DNA of 64,000 nucleotides from Veleropilina oligotropha (Eukaryota): NCBI GenBank assembly GCA_048128005.1, contig JBEUKZ010000008.1, positions 620,001 to 684,000 of the forward strand, read 5' to 3'. Shown piece by piece: positions 21,609 to 29,067 of this stretch (position 1 is its first letter; each line of letters starts with the position of its first letter). The notes under the pieces were generated by a model. It saw only the letters and a program-made list of their open reading frames with translations, ran no database searches and was not told where the DNA came from. The position numbers and the translations under genes were made by a program.

Positions 21609-22881
21609 TCTCGATATTCAGCTGTGCGTCCATGATCACGAACTCGTAGACGTTCAGTGGACCGGCCGCTTCGGCTGTTTTAGTGATCTGAATAGTAATG
21701 CCTTCGCTGGCGTTCTCGACCCTCCGGCCTGACCCATGCAACTGATCGTCGTCAGTTACCCGCATATCGATCCAGAGCGCAAATTTCTTAGTCAGAAATT
21801 CGCCCAGGGTGACGTCTGCCATCTCCAAGTCCTTTGCGACCATCGCGACCTCAGGATGCCGCTTGCTGCAGCCGGAGGCGAACATTTTCTTGGCTTCTTC
21901 CCAGATCTGGTATGTTCGCATGCCCTGGCTGTAGATTTGATTCGGGACACCCTCGATTGTGACCTCGACCTTTGTGATCTTCGGATTATAGAAGGCCTCA
22001 GTATCGCGAGAGAATGGCGCGGCGTCTCTCGCAGGGTCCTCGAACAACAGTAGTATTCCTTTCATCGACCTCGCCGGTACGTTCACATTCATATTCCACA
22101 ACGAGTCGCTCTTGTCTAGGGTGAGCTTCCGATGCCGGAGAACACGGTCGTACAGGATTACGAGTTGACCCTGGTATTGATTTCGAATCCGTCTGGCAAG
22201 CTCGGATTGGGTTACCATGTCATATTCGAGGGATATATTGTCGATGGAATAGCTGGAACCGGAGTCGTCCGTCTCCCGGATAGTCCGGGAGTAGTCGTTG
22301 AACGTTAGCTCATACTCGAGACGGTCTCCAAGGGCGCTTTGATAGAATGGCATGTGACTTTCCAACAGCTCGAAATCCAGCGGGATGCGGAATCGGTTAC
22401 CGTACGCGGCCGCGACCGCGACATCCTCAGACAGTCTAAAGGCGTCTGCCGCACCAACACGATGCTTCGTAGTGTTGTGTCCATCGCTGGTATCAATCCC
22501 CTGGTACTGGGCGTTCTTGCGCTCCCCGGTGGTCTTCCAGAGATCGCAGTAGCAGTGGTACACGTCGGAGTCGTCAATCGACATGATCTCGTTTCCACTT
22601 ATCTTTATCGTGGTCTTTCTGATCACGGCACGGCCGATATTTTGCACTACAGTCCTATTCGCATTTACCGAGGTCAGAGAGATGGTAAATGCGAGGTGGG
22701 CAGTCCCTGGAACGATCACGTCATTCGCCCCGAGATTAGGGAACCGAACCAGGAGCTGCTGGTTCGGGGCAATCGTTGATGGATTGTTTGTAATCGTGAC
22801 CGACTGGCGGATGCCCTTGACTGCGAGGGGCTCACGCAGCCTGCGGTATGGATTAAGCTTGCGTCCGTATATGCTAGTCAT
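21580..22881 (-). CDS. Major capsid protein (double jelly-roll, hexon-like)
   Basis: About 433 aa, beta-rich, adjacent to the ATPase; NPSTIAPNQQLLVRFPNL...YNPKITKVEVTIEGVPNQ resembles adintovirus-type hexons as recalled. Confidence 0.8.
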   Translation of the reverse strand: MTSIYGRKLNPYRRLREPLAVKGIRQSVTITNNPSTIAPNQQLLVRFPNLGANDVIVPGTAHLAFTISLTSVNANRTVVQNIGRAVIRKTTIKISGNEIMSIDDSDVYHCYCDLWKTTGERKNAQYQGIDTSDGHNTTKHRVGAADAFRLSEDVAVAAAYGNRFRIPLDFELLESHMPFYQSALGDRLEYELTFNDYSRTIRETDDSGSSYSIDNISLEYDMVTQSELARRIRNQYQGQLVILYDRVLRHRKLTLDKSDSLWNMNVNVPARSMKGILLLFEDPARDAAPFSRDTEAFYNPKITKVEVTIEGVPNQIYSQGMRTYQIWEEAKKMFASGCSKRHPEVAMVAKDLEMADVTLGEFLTKKFALWIDMRVTDDDQLHGSGRRVENASEGITIQITKTAEAAGPLNVYEFVIMDAQLNIENGRFVEALY

Positions 22882-22917
22882 GGCTGAATTAGATGCGTAT
22901 CCCACTGATGTATTCAA

Positions 22918-23202
22918 ATGGCGAAATTCGAGAACCCCGCATTCGAGCCGGACGATCTCATCGACAACGATGATACCATCATCGACGATACTGATGTGGA
23001 TCTATCCACCGACCGGTTTATGCCTGTTCTTTCGGAACGGCCACAGGAAGGAACCAGCAGTCTTCAGCAAGAGCTCGTTCAGGGCGTGGTTGACGACTAC
23101 TACAAAGCCCTGGCACAGGAGGGGCAGACCCCAGCCACGGGGCGAGATTATTCAAAATTCAAGTATGTGAGGGGAAAATTAGGGAGGGGGGGAAATTGGT
23201 GA
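22918..23202 (+). CDS. Acidic N-terminal segment of the GasderminX-like protein (separate frame)
   Basis: MAKFENPAFEP...; overlaps the next ORF, which is in the -1 frame, at a G-rich slippery run. Confidence 0.65.
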   Translation: MAKFENPAFEPDDLIDNDDTIIDDTDVDLSTDRFMPVLSERPQEGTSSLQQELVQGVVDDYYKALAQEGQTPATGRDYSKFKYVRGKLGRGGNW

Positions 23203-24230
23203 TGACGGACTACCCCGACATCAATCTCATAAATTCTCGCACCGGCAACCCCTTGGCGTTGTCAACAATAGCTGGCCGGCCTGGTGGGGGTGATGCAATC
23301 CGTGAAGGGTTGGGTTTTGTACACTGGACGCGGGGGGGACAAAAGCCGTCCTCAAAAGCGGTTGCAGCTCTTCAGACAGCCGACAACGAGTTGAGCGGTG
23401 CGGCCGCTAATGTCGAAAACGTAGAACTGCGGGACTTGGGGCAGACTGCTACTGATGCCTCGGTAGCAATCCACACGATGGAGACGAAATTCACTGATAC
23501 CGAGGTTGAAGAGATCTTAGGCACAATGGGGGACCCTCCATTAAATCTTCGCGAGCTTCGCGGACTTGACAAGGCGATGCAGACCATCCGAGGCGAACTA
23601 ACCAACAATCTAGCCAAACTAACGGCGCTGGACGAACACATAGAGCTGGAGAAGATGAAGCTCGATCAGGCAGATGAAGAGGGCGGTGTGGATGAGTTCA
23701 TCCGTCGACGGATCGCGGAACGTCTGCGCGACCTGAATGATGAAAGAGCAGCTCGCCTAGAGGCAGCATCATCAAGCCGGGAGGCCCTTCGCTCTCAAAT
23801 CAGCCGGATCCGAGAGATGATAAGTCGGATCCTGAACACCGACACAACGCTGGCCGAGCGTATCCGGACCCTGTTCCGCGAGCAAGGGGTTACGATCGCA
23901 ACAATACTGACCGCTATCGGGCTCGCCATCTCGACTTTGGTACTAGCCCTGACAGGTGGAGCAACAAGCCCGCCAACGCCACCACCACCTCCCAGTGGTC
24001 AGGGCGGGGTCAAGGAGTGGGTAAAAAAGCAGCTGAAGACCCTGGGTCGGATTCTAGGCAAACTAGCAGGGAAGGCCGCAGCCGCGCTCCCAGGAATACT
24101 TGGAAGCCTGGTCTCCTGGCTAATCAACCTGATTGGCAAGACAGCATCGTGGCTCGCTGAAAACCTATGGGCACTGGTCATATCAGTTGGGGGCTTGCTT
24201 CTTATTGCCGCTAGACAGTGGGTCACGTAA
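23196..24230 (+). CDS. GasderminX-like membrane-active virion protein
   Basis: Long coiled coil, then TLAERIRTLFREQG, hydrophobic helix, Pro linker, amphipathic and hydrophobic C-terminus; matches the adintovirus GasderminX pattern as recalled. Confidence 0.75.
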   Translation: MVMTDYPDINLINSRTGNPLALSTIAGRPGGGDAIREGLGFVHWTRGGQKPSSKAVAALQTADNELSGAAANVENVELRDLGQTATDASVAIHTMETKFTDTEVEEILGTMGDPPLNLRELRGLDKAMQTIRGELTNNLAKLTALDEHIELEKMKLDQADEEGGVDEFIRRRIAERLRDLNDERAARLEAASSSREALRSQISRIREMISRILNTDTTLAERIRTLFREQGVTIATILTAIGLAISTLVLALTGGATSPPTPPPPPSGQGGVKEWVKKQLKTLGRILGKLAGKAAAALPGILGSLVSWLINLIGKTASWLAENLWALVISVGGLLLIAARQWVT

Positions 24231-25518
24231 GCCAAATGAACGCTAGGCCAACGACAATGCCCCCCACGATCAGTGCGGTTTTATCCTCGTCATGTTTGGT
24301 TGCCCCAGCTGAAACAGCTGCCACTGGGGCCACAGCCGGCAGAGAGCCACGATGCTTCGGAGTGACCGCATCTGCGGGTAAGACGGCGTCTTGTGGGATG
24401 ACCAATCCTGTTTCTCCAGTCTCCCCAGTGGCGTTGTGCGGCACAGGATTGGCCGCGTTCACCGTAGTATTAAGACCTAGGGTCTGGGCTTCCGTGGCAA
24501 CGACGATCTCATTGTTATAACCAGCCACCTGCCCGATCCGAAGGAGCATGTCACTTGGCGCCATGTAAAGGCCGACGCCGAATACGAAGTCTACTTTAGA
24601 CCTGGCATACTGCAAAACGTCCTGGTACCGTTGGATCGCAGCAGGGAGGTCAACGGGGGATGCGATGGCGTCTTCCACGTTCGCCAGGAACTGTTTCTGT
24701 GCGTCAAATGCGGTACCACTACCCAGAATACTTGCACGCGTTTGAGCCTGCGCTCCAAGAATCGCCCAGACATAGGTCCTAATGGAATCATTGAGCCTCT
24801 CCACGCCGGCCTGGGTGAATCCCACCGACTTGTCCAGAATAAAAGTAGCCCAACCGTTTTTAAGCGCAGGCGCTTGCGCGATGTAGTCCACGTGCAGATT
24901 CGTGTTGGTCGTACCTTTGGTGAAGGACATTCGGCTTGGATCATACTCACGTCCGATGGGGTGGTAGCCGTTGTTCGTCCAGTAGCTGTAAGCGGTGCCT
25001 AGTCCGCCGTTGGGACCCTTGACACGCCAGTCGGTATGTGGGGACACTCCGAATTCGCTGCAGATCTTTTCATATGCCCTTCGGTCATACGGGGTGTCGA
25101 ATGCATCCCACGTCCGGTCTTGTGGCAGCGGCGCCTGAATCTCGGTCAAGATCCTTCTGACCTGATAGTAGACGTGGAAGGTGAATACAGCAGTGGAGAG
25201 GGGGGCTGCAGTAGCATTCAAGTGGTCTTCTGAGGAGATACCGGAACCTGTTGTGGCACACCATACTGCGAAATTGACTTTGTTCTGCCAGAACCGCATC
25301 GGCGTGGTCTGCCAGGCCCTTATCAGCCCGTCACTAGCGACGTGAGGGAGGCGGTATTTCTGAAAGACGTCGGGGTATGTTGCCCCGAATGTCGTGGTTG
25401 AGCCATTACCCACATTGATGCTTGGTCTCGTAAGCTGCTCATCTTTGATCTTTGCTGGGTACACCACACCGGTCGGATAGGCAGCACTCCTATTAAACGC
25501 AAAGGCGCTCTTAGCCAT
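24223..25518 (-). CDS. 431-aa conserved hypothetical element protein with C-terminal TM anchor
   Basis: Intact ORF conserved with copy 1; ends TALIVGGIVVGLAFIWLT. Confidence 0.85.
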   Translation of the reverse strand: MAKSAFAFNRSAAYPTGVVYPAKIKDEQLTRPSINVGNGSTTTFGATYPDVFQKYRLPHVASDGLIRAWQTTPMRFWQNKVNFAVWCATTGSGISSEDHLNATAAPLSTAVFTFHVYYQVRRILTEIQAPLPQDRTWDAFDTPYDRRAYEKICSEFGVSPHTDWRVKGPNGGLGTAYSYWTNNGYHPIGREYDPSRMSFTKGTTNTNLHVDYIAQAPALKNGWATFILDKSVGFTQAGVERLNDSIRTYVWAILGAQAQTRASILGSGTAFDAQKQFLANVEDAIASPVDLPAAIQRYQDVLQYARSKVDFVFGVGLYMAPSDMLLRIGQVAGYNNEIVVATEAQTLGLNTTVNAANPVPHNATGETGETGLVIPQDAVLPADAVTPKHRGSLPAVAPVAAVSAGATKHDEDKTALIVGGIVVGLAFIWLT

Positions 25519-25525
25519 AGCTACT

Positions 25526-26266
25526 ATGTTTCACACATTAACAAACGTTCAAGAGGGGACCGCGGTTGCCCTTCTGGAGCCGATTGATAACCGGGACGGC
25601 AATCTAACTGTCAGTTTACAGTCGCTCGACTATTGGGTCGGCTGGCACAACGTGCACGCCGGAGCCTTCTTTAAGACCCCGGATACCACGGTCGACGTGG
25701 CACCAGGTTTCTACAGCTTCGATGACCTCGCCAAGACGATGAAGAGGTCGCTAAAGAACATACAGCTAGACGTAAGCCATGCTACAGGGCTCGCCCGAAT
25801 CGTGGTCCCAGAGGGGACTCGACTCGCGATAAGCGACGATATACGAAAACTCCTAGGCTTAGACCTGTCTTCATTCATCCTGGACAAGTCGGGGAATCTG
25901 AACCCACCCCTGAGGGGAGTACAGGGGGGCCATACACCTCCCCCTCCGGAGAGATCCGAGTGGCTACGCCCTGGGACTTATGACGGGAACAAGCCTGTCG
26001 GGTTTGCCATAGCGCCGACCCTACACGTTCACCTGGAGCAGCTCAGTACGACACACAATGTGAAGGACGGAGCCCCGAGCAATATTCTCGCGGTGGTCCC
26101 TATCATGTCGCAGATATTCGGTGAAGCAGGCCATTATGAGAGCTACCCCGCCGGCCGGCTACTACAGGCCGGGATTATCACAGAGTTGAAGGTGTACATC
26201 ACAGACGCAGATGGTAACCTGCTAGACAATCACGGCATGCCCATTACCGCAGTCCTTGCGATATAA
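25526..26266 (+). CDS. Minor capsid (penton-like) protein
   Basis: Size and C-terminal pattern ITELKVYITDADGNLLDNHGMPITAVLAI. Confidence 0.72.
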   Translation: MFHTLTNVQEGTAVALLEPIDNRDGNLTVSLQSLDYWVGWHNVHAGAFFKTPDTTVDVAPGFYSFDDLAKTMKRSLKNIQLDVSHATGLARIVVPEGTRLAISDDIRKLLGLDLSSFILDKSGNLNPPLRGVQGGHTPPPPERSEWLRPGTYDGNKPVGFAIAPTLHVHLEQLSTTHNVKDGAPSNILAVVPIMSQIFGEAGHYESYPAGRLLQAGIITELKVYITDADGNLLDNHGMPITAVLAI

Positions 26267-26613
26267 TGAGCAGCATCTACGGGACCCTGCTTGCAGACGA
26301 GCCCTCTTCCCCAACCCGGTGGCACTTCGTTCTTAATTGTGGGGAAGCGCCCAAGAAGGGGCTGGCGAAGAGGGAGTTCACGATTCCAAACACTGGAGGT
26401 CGGTTCGGGTTGAACCCAGCCCTTCTAATGATCCACATGACGCCGGTCCAGCCCGCCGGGGGCCCCAAAGCATGTTCCATAAGTACGCTTGGCTTGAATT
26501 CGGACAGGTTGACCCTCGCCTTCGTCGTCAAGGCCCCATGGGTAGGCACCATGTATTTGAACGTAACGGTAGACATGTGGAATCAACAGGCTGAACAGTA
26601 CAGCCACGTGTAA
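26266..26613 (+). CDS. 115-aa hypothetical protein
   Basis: TAATG overlaps at both ends; peptide conserved in copy 1. Confidence 0.75.
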   Translation: MSSIYGTLLADEPSSPTRWHFVLNCGEAPKKGLAKREFTIPNTGGRFGLNPALLMIHMTPVQPAGGPKACSISTLGLNSDRLTLAFVVKAPWVGTMYLNVTVDMWNQQAEQYSHV

Positions 26614-27245
26614 TGGACAACAAGCCCTCAGCGCCAACGCTGTACCCACAACTTAGTGGCGATGTGCCTTCGGAACTGCATGAGGCACAGTCTTTCCGAC
26701 TACAGAAAGTGAATGAGCTTCAGGGACAGCTAGAGCGAGAACGGGACACACGGGCTGCACTATATAAAAAGTACCGACGAGGTGTTAACGTCGTTGACGG
26801 TATAGATAACGGACTAGTCGTCGCCACACTTGGTATGGGTAGCGCTGGAATTGGTCTACTTTCCACGATTGTAGCCGCCCCGGTCGTCCTAGTGCTGGAA
26901 TTAGCGGCATTAGGGTGTGGGCTCGCCAGTATGGGTGGGAAATATATCAGCCGGCGCCTCGGGGTGAAGGCTAAGAAACACGACGAGATTCGAGTCCTGG
27001 CCGACAGCAAGCTGAATACCATAACCGACCACGTCTCAAAGGCATTATCGGACGGGGTGATGTCTGATGATGAATTCCAACTGGTCACAGGGGAGATGGA
27101 GAAATACCAAGCCATGAAGGCATCAATTCGGGATAAGAGTAGGAAGGCGCACACCGCGATTTCACAGACCCAGAGCGAGCTTATTGAGCGTGGTCGTTTA
27201 GAGGGTCGCGCAGAGCTGCTGAAAAAAATCGGAGCTGGCGACTAA
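26613..27245 (+). CDS. 210-aa two-TM/coiled-coil element protein with PSAP and LYPxL motifs
   Basis: Intact, conserved with 2737-3369, many differences synonymous. Confidence 0.85.
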   Translation: MDNKPSAPTLYPQLSGDVPSELHEAQSFRLQKVNELQGQLERERDTRAALYKKYRRGVNVVDGIDNGLVVATLGMGSAGIGLLSTIVAAPVVLVLELAALGCGLASMGGKYISRRLGVKAKKHDEIRVLADSKLNTITDHVSKALSDGVMSDDEFQLVTGEMEKYQAMKASIRDKSRKAHTAISQTQSELIERGRLEGRAELLKKIGAGD

Positions 27246-27327
27246 CTATCCAGGTTGAGCGTAGCCACGACTACCCCGCTCCTCCCCCGTATTAAAGCTA
27301 GAAATCGACAGTGGTATCTGGACAACC

Positions 27328-27744
27328 ATGAAATCCATGAAATCTATGCTACTGTGTATTGCCGCGGTGTGCTTTGCCGCGTGGGGTACCACCCAGGCGT
27401 CGTCGCGTGACACTGCATTAATTCTCGAACACACGTGGGCTAGGTACCGCAACGACCCCCTGTATAACCCCCGATTCGATCACTTGCGAAGAAACTTGCT
27501 ACGAGACCCACCTCCAGTGCGGGCACCGTCATGTCACTATTTCATTACCGATGGAGAGAACGATTGTGGCCCAGATCCTAATATCGTTGTGTGTATTGAG
27601 TGCGCTGAGCCGTCCTTATGTCACGGTAAACGTGGGCATTATTTCTCCATGTTATCTACGGGCTGCAGGGGTTCGTGGAATCAGATCGGGCACATCTCGC
27701 CCTGCAACTGTACACTAGCAAGCGGTAACTACATATTCATATAA
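27328..27744 (+). CDS. Secreted cysteine-rich protein (138 aa)
   Basis: Signal-peptide-like MKSMKSMLLCIAAVCFAAWGTTQA; 8 Cys in the mature part, conserved in the copy-1 pseudogene. Confidence 0.75.
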   Translation: MKSMKSMLLCIAAVCFAAWGTTQASSRDTALILEHTWARYRNDPLYNPRFDHLRRNLLRDPPPVRAPSCHYFITDGENDCGPDPNIVVCIECAEPSLCHGKRGHYFSMLSTGCRGSWNQIGHISPCNCTLASGNYIFI

Positions 27745-27798
27745 CAGCGGCAATCTCGGGGAATCCCTGCCTTGAAACATATTTTTCAGGCTTCCCTA

Positions 27799-27863
27799 GG
27801 GCCAACCACCCCCGGGCCAACCACCCCCGGGCCAACCATCCCCGGGCCAACCACCCCCGGGCC
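27799..27863 (+). repeat. 15-bp tandem repeat (GGGCCAACCACCCCC) x about 4.3
   Basis: Read directly; one unit carries a C>T change. Confidence 0.95.
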
Positions 27864-28038
27864 GGCGAGCAGTAGTGGGCCGTCCCTGGGGGCTCTATAT
27901 AGTCTACGTTGGGTCGGAAAAGGTGCATTCATCCCTACTCTAAGCTACCCTAGGCTCGGAACGGGTGCTGGGCGCTGTATTTTCCCATTCTAAAAAGTCC
28001 AATCACCCTCCCTGCTGCTGAGTTGAGATCCATATTAA

Positions 28039-28103
28039 TTCTGAAAAGGTGCTGGGAGCCTTAATTTCCCATTCTAAAAAGTCTACTGACCCCCCCTGCT
28101 GCT
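28039..28103 (-). repeat. Right terminal inverted repeat
   Basis: Reverse complement of 12686-12750; followed by TSD CACTT. Confidence 0.95.
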
Positions 28104-29067
28104 CACTTCTTTGTGATTCCAATCTTCCGAGTACCGTTTGTATGTTGTCACTGGAAGATATATATATATGATCTTAGGGCATATTTTAGTCCGATATATA
28201 ACAGTTTTTTGTTTCTTGATCAGAGCCCTCATTCACCACTGTATTAGCTGTCGGCCATCTTGTATGTCGGCCATCTTGTCTCCAAATGAAAATAGGTCCA
28301 GCCAACTCTTGTGAAACAGCTCAATAATCAGGATACGAGTGACTGAAGTAGCGATAAAACCCACTCGGACACCCTGGCGACCTGGACATCACATGAGAGC
28401 CAGTAATTTCAACATGATTTACCTGTGTACTGCAGTTGTCTTTCGTTCTTCTAAAATATAATAATAATAATAATGGATTGTGGCAATGCATATAAGACGC
28501 CATCCTAATCTGTGATACACATAAGCGAGTGTATCTTAAGCCGGCCACTACTTTGGTAGGTCAGTTCTTCAGCCCTTTTTGGCCTGTCGTGTTTCTTCAA
28601 TGTCCTGTAGAAGTCGTTCATCTGGAGCTTAAGTGTCCTTGCGTTCAGCTTGGCGCTAGTCAACGTCGTCCTTGCGATTATTGTCCACCCTCTTACAGCC
28701 TTCAAGGAACATGACAAGCGTTTGATGGATGCGCATTGCATTCTAATGCCATAGGAGGAGAAATTACATTTTGGACAGACAGTTGCTGTGCATTCTGATC
28801 AGGTGTCAACCCATTGCAGCTCTTCTGTTATCAATAGAGTCCCAATGCCAGAGGCCTGCGCCCTGAGCCGCACTCCCTGGTGTTGGGAGATTCATTCTCC
28901 CGGGGAATGCAGTAGAGATGGAATCATGCAAGCTCGATTGTTTATGGTATACAATCCATATATCTCGCCCGCACAGTAGCGATGACAGCACAACAGCCCG
29001 TTGTTGTGATTCAAGTCACGCGCCTTCCAAAAAGTGTTCAGCACCACAAAACCAGCATTAGATGTAA

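Larger units (their letters stand above)
12686..28103 (+). mobile_element. Complete endogenous Polinton/adintovirus-like virus (copy 2), 15,418 bp
   Basis: 65-bp TIRs, AG...CT termini, CACTT TSD (12681-12685 and 28104-28108), integrase, ATPase, major and minor capsid ORFs, dense intronless GC-rich coding in AT-rich flanks. Confidence 0.95.

Noticed and set aside
12686..28103. Bacterial prophage or contamination
   Set aside because: Polinton-type rve integrase and ATPase, with a TSD joining it to eukaryotic LINE-rich flanks
28187..28193. Alternative Academ left terminus TAGTCCG
   Set aside because: Only 7 bp match the right end; 29068 shares a longer imperfect match plus gagtggcaaa, though neither gives a clean TSD
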